From positions 97,764,739 through 97,828,738 of the forward strand of contig NC_068982.1 of assembly GCF_001194135.2 (NCBI RefSeq): a stretch of 64,000 bases of DNA. The letters run 5' to 3'. Origin of the DNA: Octopus bimaculoides. Its lineage: Eukaryota. Both the position numbers and the translations under genes were made by a program. The stretch's first letter is position 1; every line of letters begins with the position of its first letter. The notes beneath the pieces are model-generated. The model saw only the letters and a list, made by a program, of their open reading frames with translations. It searched no databases and was not told the origin of the DNA. This document shows, piece after piece, positions 52,713-64,000 of the stretch.

Positions 52713-53093
52713 ATTCACCAGTTGGCTGATAGATCAGATGTATGTATGTATGTATAATATGTCATATTATCTATTATTGCAAATCGGTAGTTGTATGCTT
52801 CACGACTCCAATTATTATTTGGGACATACAAGTGCAATACTCTTCTACTGGATCACTATGCACCTACAGCAAAAGGCAATTGCAATGCACTGTAACATAC
52901 AACGTAAAGCAAAACAAAATCGTCAATGGACAGCACATCTATATTATACAGAATTCATCATAAAAATGGATGATCAATGACAGATGCAATAACCATAACT
53001 CAGCTTAATGCTAGAATAAAACGCAAGCAAAGTATACAAACTATAATGACGTAGAAATTTAATGGTTAAATTTCAAATTCCGGTGGTAATGTC

Positions 53094-53315
53094 CAGTGTT
53101 TCTCAACTGCAGATTTTGTTGTTAAAATTTATCTCCAATAAATTCGTTATACATTTACAATACACAAAATATTTTAATAAGTTTTATACAATTCCTACTA
53201 TTTGATTACAAAGATATAATAGGAATGTTTAAACATGGAGTGATGGTGAGAGTACATCATAGTATAATCAAAGACTAAAAGAGGTCCATAGGTAAAAACT
53301 AGTTGAGAAACATTG
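53094..53315. mobile_element. hAT-type MITE
   Basis: TIRs CAGTGTTTCTCAACT / AGTTGAGAAACATTG (1 mismatch); no 8-bp TSD preserved. Confidence 0.6.
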
Positions 53316-54252
53316 GCCAACATCAACCATATAAACCCTGTCTATTATAAAGAAACAGTAACATATGACATCATGCCTTATATCAAGAAGGTTTAGAAGG
53401 GTTAAGGAGTGATTTAAGAACTTTTACTGTGACAAAAAAGCGCATGAAACTTATAGAAAAATATGGAGGGGAAATAAACTTGATAAAAAAGATGAAACTA
53501 GGAAACAACTGTGTTAATTAATATGTTTTTTTTTCCATTACAACATATCTAAAAGAAAAGGTGAGATCGATCAAATCCAGATAATGTGCGCATGTGTGTG
53601 TGTGTGTGTGGTAACACGTTTATCGGAACTGAGTAGACATCTTATGAACAGAAGCGAAATCGGTATTCATGTTTATGTCTGCAAGATAGAGTTCCGTTAT
53701 TAAATGATGTGTTATGGTATGTTTTCTGTTTATATTTTACAGCTTTCAACCGAGTGGAATTAGCAGGTGGCATTGCATTGTTATATATGTCCATTAATTA
53801 GTGAGTTTTTGTGGCTGCCAGTCTTGTTTTGTATGGTTTCGATACATTAACATCAGACAACACAGCACTACATTACACTACACACACATCCACCTACGCG
53901 CACCCATGCAACAGATTGATATATATATATATATATATGATCGTGGGCTGGTTTCTTACCACATAAGAAAACACTGGATTTGTGGGATGGTCACCATTGG
54001 GAGTATTTTCCTCACAAGTCTGCTTCATTACTGTTGACCTGTAGCTAAACAACAAGAATAACCTCCCCCCCCACACACATATACACTTTTTCTTCCTTAA
54101 TCTTATGTTCATTAATTAATCGTCATATATAAATCCAATGAGATCACTGCATACTCTTTCTTTAAGAGAGTGTGTCCACTGTGGTGTATGCGTGTAGGAG
54201 TGTGTGTGTATAACTGCTGGTGTACACAGCCACAAAGAAACACATACACACA

Positions 54253-54309
<57 letters not shown>

Positions 54310-54647
54310 AATCACATACGTACTCACTCACGCACACACACGCGCGCACGTACACAACACTAATTGGTATATCCAGCCTTCGGACAAAATTAATTGACTA
54401 AAAAGAAAAAAGATACATTTTCTTTTCTGACATAATTGACAATGAAAGAATAAATGACAAAAAAAAAAAAGATAACAAATACTACCAACAGACAATTTCA
54501 TCATATAAAACTGGCTTTGTTTTTATTATTGTCTGACAATACACTGATATTTGTTTCAGGTAAAAATATCTTTTGACATTACTTAAAATGAGAAAATATT
54601 GAAAAATTTCATAATAAAGGATAATTTAACATTTTGTGATTCATTTA

Positions 54648-54707
<60 letters not shown>

Positions 54708-54743
54708 AATCAATCTATCTGTCTGTCTGCCTGTCTGTCTGCC

Positions 54744-54792
<49 letters not shown>

Positions 54793-55407
54793 NNNNNNNN
54801 NNCTATCTATCTATCTATCTATCTATCTATTTCTCTCTTTCTCTGTTTATATGTCTGTCTGTGTATGTATGTATGAGTGTACGTATGTATGCATGTATAT
54901 GTATATGTGCGTATGTATGTATTTATATGTAATATACATGTCTATAATACATACGTGTGTGTGTATTTTTGTGTATGCGTGTGTATATATGTGTATTGTG
55001 TGTGTGTATGCGTTGTGTGTGTGAGAGTGTGTGTGTGCGCGTGTGTGTGTGTGTGTGTGTGGTGTGTGGGGTGTGGTGTGCGTGTGTTTGTTTGTTTGTG
55101 TGTGTGTGTGGCTTAGAAAATGGAAAAGAAAATAAATTCCTAAAATTTCAGATCTGGCAACTCTTCTGCATCCATCATAAAACTGAGCATGTGGAATAGG
55201 AAGGCTATTGTACTAGATAAAGGACAGTTACTTTTAAGCTCTGACCTTCGGTTGTATCGATCGATATTGCAGAGCACACCCGAAAAGAAATCAAAGTTCC
55301 GTCAATTCTTTTGGACAATCACTTGGTATTTATGGAATTCTTGGAATGGGAATTTTTTTTTTTTTCCTCGTTGGAACTTGTTTTTACTGTTGCTTCTATT
55401 TGTTGCG

Positions 55408-55484
55408 AAGGCGCGTGGCTTCGTGGTTAGGGTGTTCGGCTCACAATCGTAATGTCGCGAGATCGATTCCCGGCGGCGCGTTGT
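55408..55484 (+). mobile_element. Truncated tRNA-derived SINE head
   Basis: GAAGGCGCGTGGCTTCGTGGTTAGGG...GATCGATTCC, fused to the broken 3' end of the adjacent LINE. Confidence 0.7.
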
Positions 55485-57201
55485 TTCATTCGTTTTCAAT
55501 TTCTTGTACAGTGCTTTATCTTTGCAATCTTTCATCCTACACAAGCCTGACCTTCTTACTTCTAGTAATAGCGGTTCTGTGGCGTTTTTTTTTTACATAC
55601 CATGCTATACTGTTTTCTTCTGCTCTAATGCTGTGTTCGCATCCAATAAGTCCTCTTCCCCCTCTTTTTCTTGGTACATATAGTCTGTCTATGTCACTTT
55701 TTGGGTGGAGCGTCCCATATCTTGTTAGCGACTTCCTTGTATTTCTGTCTAAGCTGTTTAGTTCGTCTACTGTCCATGCGATTACCCCTGCTCCATATCT
55801 AAGGAGTGAAACCGTCCAGGTGTTGATAGCTTCAATCTTATTCCGTCCGTTTAATTTCAACTTAAGGATCAGTCTCAATCTGCGCAAGTACTCCACTTTA
55901 AATTTTCTGTCATTTCTTTCTCCATCAATTTATCCATTTCCAAAATCCCCAAGTCCTTATAGCCGTCTCTTCTATGTGCTTCATAACCTCCCCCGATGGT
56001 ATCGATAGCCCGTTCATACATTTGATTTTGCCTCTCTTCAAGACTAAAACACCACGCTTTCTCAGTCCGAACTCCATTCTGATATCAGCACTGAAGGTAT
56101 ACACTGTATCAACGAGGGAACTGACTTGGGCTTCATCTTTACCATAAAGTTTGAGGTCATCCATGAATAACAAGTGGTTGACTTTTTGTTGGCGGCTTTT
56201 GAATACATACCCAGCTTTTGCTTTCCTCAGTGGTATTAAGTAGTATCAAGTGATATCAAGCAAAGTACAAAGATCAGTGGGGACAGGTAGTCCCCTTGGA
56301 AGATGCTCCTCTTGATTTCTATTGTCCTTAAACTTCTTCCCTATGTTGTCAAGTCCGTCCTCCAATTCGCCATACTTTTTCCAAGCAATCGCTCAACATT
56401 CGATGCAGTACCAAATAGGTTCATACATTTCATTATCCAAGAGTGTCGGATCATATCATACGCCTTACGATAGTCGATCCATGACATGGCTAAGCTACTG
56501 ATCCACATATTGCAGTCTCTAAGTACAGTTTTGTCTATCAGGAGTTGATCCTTGGTACCTCTGCAATTACGCTTGCAACCCTTCTGCTCCTGTGGCAGGA
56601 CTCCATTTTTTTCCAGATGTTCGTACATTGACTCTGCGAGTATTCCAGTCAATAATTTCCACGTAAGTGGCAAACAGGATATTGGCCCGTAATTGTCTAC
56701 TGTATTGCCTTTTTCGATGTTTTTCAAGCACAGCACTGTCCTACCAAATGTCAAGTACTCTGCTGTTACTTGGTCGGCATTTAACAAGGTGTTGAGTTGC
56801 GGAGATATTCGTTCATGACATTCACCAAATCTTTTGATCCAGTAGCTTTGAACTCCATCTGGTCCTGGGGTCTTCCAGTTGCTCATTTTTTGCTGATTTT
56901 CTTCACTTCCCTCACTGAAATGATTAGTTCAGCCTGTTTTGGACAGACTAAAGTTTGTTTCATTTCTTGTAACCATTCAACATCCTCCTTGTGCTCCTTG
57001 TCTTTGCTCCAGATGTCACTCCAAAACCTTTGACTTTCATTGTTATCTGGTATCAACTTTTCATCTGTACACTCTCCATTTATTTCTTTATAGAATCTCT
57101 TCTGATCTCCTCTGAATACTCTATTCTGGTGGTAACCCTTCATTCTTTGGTCGTATCTTACCAACTTTGCTTTCTTTGCTACGAGGCGTTGTTTCAGTTC
57201 C
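55485..57201 (-). mobile_element. R4/Dong-type LINE, RT-containing middle segment (A)
   Basis: Highly similar to 17632-18761 and continuing through LLFMDDLKLY, RNKIEAINTW and LYVPRKRGGRGL. Confidence 0.92.
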
Positions 57202-58122
57202 TATTATTATTACTGTCAGCTGTTCACTACCAGTGAACTAAGATAACACCCCTTTTTTTCTAGCACCTTCCGGAGTATTCGAGCGGTTCCAAGCAGTGCT
57301 GTTTTCTGCAAGTGCTCCACCCTTATTGCAGCCCCTATTTGTTCCATGTACTTCTCAATACTTTTACTCACTGTTGTCAGGGCTCTAACAATTATTGGTA
57401 CTACTACCACCTTTTTCAGTGACCACAACTGCTTAACTTCCCAAGCTAACCTGTCATATCTCTCAACTTTTCTTTCTTCCTTATCGCATACCTTGTTGTC
57501 AGCTGGGCATGCTATATCTATAATTTAGCATCGTTTTGCTTTGTTTCTCAATTAACACTATGTCTGGCTTCCTATTCTCTATCTCATGGTCACATTGACT
57601 CTTAAAATCTCATAGGATTTTGCATTATCATTATCGATTATGCCTTCAGGTTTATGTTCGTACCACTTTTTTTCTCTGTCAAGTCCATACTTGTTGCAAA
57701 GTGTCCAATGTACAATCCTTGCTACGTTATCATGACGTCTCTTATATTCTTTCTAGGCTAGTGGCATACATTGGCTGGTAATATGCCATACGGTTTCACA
57801 GTTTTGTCCACAAATTCTGCACTTATCACTTTTTCTGTATTTGACGCAATTGGCTCTTAATACTTGCTCTTGGGTAGCACATATCAGAGCCTCCGTTTCC
57901 GGTTTATAATCACTTTTAGTCTTCCATAGCCATCTTTTTTCTCTGTCTTATCTTCAACATCCCTATGAATTTGTCCATGCATTCTTTTCTTTACCCATCT
58001 ATTTTCAGTTTCCATCGTTTTCATTTGCTTGTACAGTGCTTTATCTTTGTAATCTTCCATCCTACACAAGTTTGACCTTCCTTCCAATAATAATCGTTCT
58101 GTGGCATTTTTTTCATACCATG

Positions 58123-58125
<3 letters not shown>
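57202..58125 (-). mobile_element. R4/Dong-type LINE 3' segment (B) with CCHC, RLE and (TAA)n tail
   Basis: CRICGQNCETVWHITSQC, RHDNVARIVHW, KPDIV and QKTALLGTARILRKVLE motifs. Confidence 0.9.
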
Positions 58126-58176
<51 letters not shown>

Positions 58177-58194
58177 TGCTATTAACTTTATTAT

Positions 58195-58197
58195 TGC

Positions 58198-58262
<65 letters not shown>

Positions 58263-59405
58263 CTTCGTAACATAGTGTAAGTAAAAATTCACCGGAGTCT
58301 TTAGTCATGTGTTATATAACAACAAGGATCTCAAACATAATACTTTCCTTAAGATGTGTGCTGTGCCCAATAAGGCTGATTTTGCATGGGATTTCCAATT
58401 GCCTTAAGAAGTCTTGAAGTTTCAATAGGATTGAGCCCAGCGCTCCGATCACCACTGGTATCACTTTTACATTACCCTCTCGCATTCCATACAGTCTTGC
58501 CATTTCCACTTTTAATTTGAATTATCTGGTGATTTTTCAACCCCTTTACTCACATCATTCATGTCATTTGATCTGACAGTATTCGTCTCTCTTACTCAGT
58601 ATGACAATATCCGCCGACGGTGTTCGATTATACGATCCGTCTGAAAATCATAGTCCCAGAGAATCGTTACTTTTCCATCCTCCTGCATAACTTTACTTGG
58701 TACATGTTCATAACATTTCTCTGCTACTTCATATTGGTATTTACCGCATAAGAGCCAATGAAGATACATACACATTTTATCGTAGCGACGCTTGTATTCT
58801 TTCTATGTAAGGCTCTCCCATCCACTTACCAAGTGGATCACATTTTCCACACTTTTTCCACTTTTTCTGGGTGTCAGAAGTTTTATAGATGTTATACTTC
58901 ACTGAATTGGTAGCGAGAGCCTGGTCTTGTGCAGCAATGATCAGGTTTTCTGTGGTACGCTTCAAATCACCTCGCTCAAGTCATGCCCACGATGCTGTAT
59001 TATTCTTAACGTTCTATGTATTCCTTTCAAACTGTCCATGCATTCTCATTTCAAGAAAACCTTCTTTTCTTTTCTCCTCAGCTCTTTGCCTAAACTCTAC
59101 CTTGCCCATCATTTCATCTGCATTTACAAGCAAATCTTTTGTGGCATATTGCAGCAAGTCTTCATCACTATTTATCAAATACTCGGCAAGCGTTCTCCTT
59201 TCACTCCTCATACATTGGTCCATGCTAATTAGTCTCTGCCACCATTCTTTCTTTTCATATACAGCCTGTTTACGTTTGTTTTAGGTTGTAGCACCCCATG
59301 CAGCGTCATCAACTTTCTCGTCCTTCTATTCAGTGGTGATATTTTCTCCTTAGTTCATTTGAGGATGGACGCACTATATCTGACCACCGCAACTGCCCAC
59401 TACAA
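58195..59405 (-). mobile_element. R4/Dong-type LINE 3' segment (C), different subfamily, long (AAT)n tail
   Basis: MHGQFERNT, TENLIIAAQDQAL and VKVIPVVIGALG motifs. Confidence 0.85.
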
Positions 59406-60180
59406 GGCCTGGTAGTTCCTTGTAGACAGGCATTGATCTTGGGCTGCTATGATAAACCCTTCTGTTTCAGATTTTAAGCCATAAGCCATTAACTATTGTC
59501 AACATCGACATTGTTTTTCAACATCAGCATCATTCGCTCTCTTTGGGTATTTGCCATTCAAAGGTTTTTGCTGTCATTTATCAGTAAGAATATCTAAGGC
59601 AGCAGTTTTCGCACTGATTTTCATGCGCTTAGTTTTTCTGCGCTTGTTTCTCGTATATCTAATTCCGGAATTTGTTGTATTTGGAATTCACTTAGATATT
59701 CCTTTGCTTGTTTTGTTACTGAGTATGATGCTTTCTCGTTTTCATGCTTTGGGACAAGTTTTAACATCCAGTCCTCAGAATTTTCCATGTAGGTGTCTAG
59801 GCCAATTGTGGCAATCTTCATTGATAATGCCAGTTGTAAAAGTCCACGGCCTCCCTCTTTTCTTGGCAGATAAAGTCGTTCTATATCTGCCTTAGGGTGG
59901 TGCATTCAATACATTGTCAACAGTTTTCGTATTTTTCTGTCAAGATTACATATTTCAGTAATTGACCAGTTAATGATATGGAAACTGTAAGTCACGACTG
60001 GTATTGATCGCTTCGATCCTGTTTCTTGCATTCAGCTTTGTCTTAAGTATTGCTCTCACCCTGCGATAACATTCTCTCCTGATCTTTCCCTCATCACTGA
60101 ATGCCTGATTCCGCCCCCTTCAAATACCCGTAGGTATTTGTAGCTCTCCGCTGGTTCTAGCTCCTTTATGACTTTCTGCT

Positions 60181-60182
<2 letters not shown>
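59406..60182 (-). mobile_element. R4/Dong-type LINE segment (D), post-RT region
   Basis: ESYKYL, MHHPKADIERLYLPRKEGGRGLLQL and ETEGFIIAAQDQ motifs; begins directly after an (AAT)n array. Confidence 0.85.
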
Positions 60183-60257
<75 letters not shown>

Positions 60258-61267
60258 TTTATTATCATCATCATTACCATCATCCTCATCATCACCACCA
60301 TCATTATAATCATCATAATAATTATTATTTAATTAACTTGAAATTATCTTCCTTTACTTGTGATTCGCTACCGATTTTAGCTAGGGTCTGTTCTTCTTTC
60401 TCCAACCAAGAAAGAAATTTCAGCTGATTAAGACTATTCTGCATTGGTCTTTTAGTTCATAAACACCTACTTGGCATCTTATTCTATGGCTTATTTGAGT
60501 TATTTCCTTAAGCTCAGTTTCTTTGAGCATTATTTGGATATTCACATTTTCGTTTCTACTCCGAGTAGCTTCACATAGGATTGAAAAATCATTAGATAAT
60601 TTCAATATATTGTTAAATTCTTCAACCATCATACCTTTAAATTCATATTGCTTTCACATGACTGTTCTTACATATACGAGACTGCAGAAGAAACTTTCCT
60701 TGGCGGAAACGGAGAGCCTGTCACAATGGTTGGATTTTCATGCTTGGAAAAGAGATGTATTCCAGAAAAGTGAAGAATATTGCAGTATATTACAAGCTGA
60801 ATTGGCTACTCTTGGCCGTTTAGTTCAATAATCTCTCCACTACAATAATAAATTTATTGCTACTTGTTATTTTTATCCTGACTTTAGTATAGACACCTTA
60901 TCTCTAGTACAATTAGAACATTTTTGAAGCATTCTTTTGATGAAGTTTAATCAAGAGGAATAATCACTAAGCTACTGGAGGTACAATTTTCAGTTTGAAA
61001 GGTTAATGTTATGTGTCTCGGAGTATTTTGATGTAGACTTCGAATCAGATTCGACTATAGATATATCTTTAGAGCATAAAACACTGAATATTGTGAATAT
61101 GTGAACAGATTTTTCAATACGAAATAATGAAAGAATACAGTATTTTCTGACTTCCATAGTATTTGAAACCTTGTTATAAATTTTCGAAGATATGACTTTT
61201 AGATATGAAATTTCATTAACGATATACGACAGACAAATGTATGTATGTATGTATGTATGTATGTATG

Positions 61268-61296
<29 letters not shown>

Positions 61297-61298
<2 letters not shown>

Positions 61299-61640
61299 TT
61301 ATCCAGTTTTATTTCAAGATTTTTTGCCAATACACGAGTCGGTTTCAAGGTTACTCCATTGGAATTTCAACATCAGCATGGTATTTCTGCATGTATGTGT
61401 GTATATGTGCAGTGTTAGGAATCAGTGAATGTGCAGATTTGTATGCTTTGTTTTTTGTATGTATTCTCATGTATATAGTTGCATGTATAGACATGCGCTT
61501 ATATACTTAAATGATAAACTTCTGGAAAGTGTTTACAACTTTTTCCAGTTCCAGTGATGGCTTGGATCTGCAGTCTTCGAATTAGCTTTCTCCTCTCTGG
61601 TTTTGAGAAGCCTAATTTTTCAAGATTGGTACTTAGGCAG
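61297..61640 (-). mobile_element. Short 3' fragment of RLE LINE family B
   Basis: Homologous to 31505-31845; long (TATG)n on both sides. Confidence 0.85.
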
Positions 61641-62632
61641 TATGTATGTATGTATGTATGTATGTATGTTATGAGAGATGACTAAGAACGTGTATGCGTG
61701 AGAAAGAGAGAAAGATTGATGAATATGCGAAAGAATAGAAAAACCAATTTGACGTGAAAGTCACACAAGGTCTTTTTTTATATCTCATACTAACACTACT
61801 ATTGAACTACAACTCCATGACAACTTTCAGTCTTTCTACATCTCTTTTGTTAACTCATACCTACTTTACTCCAGGGACATCTCGGAGCCGAAATTTTATT
61901 TATTTATTTATCTATTTATTTATTCATTGATTTATTTATTTTGTTCATGCATTATTCTACTTTGCATCTGGATGTTCCTGGGAAATTTGGTAAAGGCTTG
62001 ATGAGAAACGGCAACTTTGCTTGAAGCTGAACATCGAACCTGACAGATATAGATTACGTTCCCCACATTCACATCCAAAAAATCATATAAAGATATAAAT
62101 AATCTCTTTCTATAAATATTATTACAAGTTGTCTTTTTTGTTGTTGTTATTGTATTTTAAGAATGTGCTAAAGAAATTCCTTTGGAAATGTTCGATAGCA
62201 AAACAGCAATTTTTATCAAGGCATTACCACCTGCTTCTGTAGATTTGATATTGCTAGTATAAAGTAATTTCAACTGTATCTGAACAGATGCACCTGACGT
62301 TTATAGGAGAAGGTTGGGTAGTGCGTAGTGGTGGAATTACCATAGTTTATAGCCCTTTAATAGGTCTCGTTTGTCTGTAAGTAATGTGGGTTGCAATGAT
62401 TCCAGAGTTCCCATGGTGATGATAGTAACAATAATGATACGATAACGGTTATAATATGGTTAATAATGTGACTCCTGTGAAACTGTAAGTATATTTAACT
62501 GCAACAACCCTCTGCAATCATCTTCCACCGTAGCACTGATAACAGGCAAAACTCAGCTCGGATGAATACATTAGTTTCGGAAAGATATTAATATGTGTGT
62601 ATCTATGTAATGTAATGTATGTATGTATGTAT

Positions 62633-62715
<83 letters not shown>

Positions 62716-62874
62716 TGCACATTATATGATATATGCGCAGTTATATATGTGAATATAGTTTATGCACCTAGATTTATGCATATATACACGGACATACGTA
62801 TATACACATATATTAATATATATACATAAATATGCATATGTGTGTGGGGTCTGTCTGTCTATCTGTCTGTCTGC

Positions 62875-62922
<48 letters not shown>

Positions 62923-63435
62923 NNNNNNNNNNNNNNNNNNNNNNNNNNNNNNNNNNNNNNNNNNNNNNNNNNNNNNNNNNNNNNNNNNNNNNNNNNNNNN
63001 NNNNNNNNNNNNNNNNNNNNNNNNNNNNNNNNNNNNNNNNNNNNNNNNNNNNTGTGTGTGTGTGTGTGTGTGTGGTGTGTAGTAGGTACGGCATAACCCA
63101 AATTGTGTCCTCTTGAAGTAAATCTGCTCATTCCAGTACCCAAAAACTGTATGTAGATGTTATATTTGTAGGAGGTATGCATAAAATTAATTACATAGTA
63201 AAACAGGAGATTGGAAAAAGATTTTGGTATTATTTATTCACCATTACACGTTTCATTTTTGGGACAGAGAATCGAATAATATTATTTGATTCTATATCTG
63301 AAGAATTTCTAATAGGAAATATCTCACATGTTTCTCCTACATGTACAATTTTGTGACTCCTATTATCAAATGAAACATATAATGCTGAATAAATTTTTTC
63401 CAATCTCCTTCTATTATAGCCCCGAGCCGACCAAT

Positions 63436-63534
63436 GAAGCATGCGTATAACGAGTTCTACACCAGGTTATTAGTGTCGCAATGCCTAAGCTATACTAATT
63501 ACCAGGTGTAGAAATCTCAGTATACATATGCTTC
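63436..63534. other. 99-nt imperfect hairpin (pri-miRNA-like)
   Basis: The arms GAAGCATGCGTATAACGAGTTCTACACCAGGTTATTAGT and ACTAATTACCAGGTGTAGAAATCTCAGTATACATATGCTTC pair with a few mismatches and bulges. Confidence 0.4.
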
Positions 63535-63695
63535 TGAACAAAGCGTCAATCGAGTACAGAGCGAGTAATAAGAGAAAGGAGATGACAAAGGAATAAACGA
63601 TTATTTTATGAGCTTCATTAGCTTACAGCGGTAATCGTTCATTCCTTTGAAATCACGTTTCGTATATATATATAGATAGACAAACAGATAGCTAA

Positions 63696-63766
<71 letters not shown>

Positions 63767-63823
63767 CAGACAGACAGACAGGCAGACAGACAGACAGACA
63801 GATAGCTAGATAGACAGACAGAC

Positions 63824-63884
<61 letters not shown>

Positions 63885-64000
63885 TACATAGGCATAGGTA
63901 TATTCATATATAAATATATACATGCATGAATTTATAAAAATACTGTATTTATTACACGACTGTATTCTACTTTCGTCTCTGTTATCATGCTCGGAACGTA

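Noticed and set aside
55152-55330. Possible next WD40 exon after tttcAG
   Set aside because: The phase 0 frame stops after 15 codons, and the open frame has no WD40 features.
62288-62376. 89-nt AG/GTAAGT-bounded segment (MHLTFIGEGW...)
   Set aside because: Weak pyrimidine tract and unrecognisable peptide; such pairs are expected by chance in 64 kb.

Overview
This is AT-rich, repeat-saturated eukaryotic genomic DNA with a dozen N gaps. The SINE families and microsatellite load resemble Octopus (cephalopod) DNA; this is recognised from memory, not from a search. The only well-supported host gene is a + strand WD40-repeat gene (FBXW7/SEL-10-like repeats). It is seen as two in-frame exons (11710-11896 and 38777-38890) separated by a ~26.9 kb intron. 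Most of the rest is transposon debris: tRNA-derived SINEs, R4/Dong-type restriction-like-endonuclease (RLE) LINE fragments sitting in microsatellites, an RTE-type 3' end carrying C2H2 fingers, Penelope-like elements (PLEs), Tc1/mariner and hAT MITEs, foldback elements and a decayed Chapaev3-type transposase. The most notable observations are: (i) a minimal hammerhead-ribozyme core with a compensatory U3-A8 pair downstream of a PLE ORF; (ii) a WD40 splice acceptor whose upstream tract is a repeat's (ATT)n tail; (iii) a candidate antisense terminal exon nested in the large intron; (iv) apparent microsatellite-targeted stacking of RLE LINEs; (v) a 99-nt pri-miRNA-like hairpin. Most long ORFs in the supplied track are microsatellite or N-gap artefacts.
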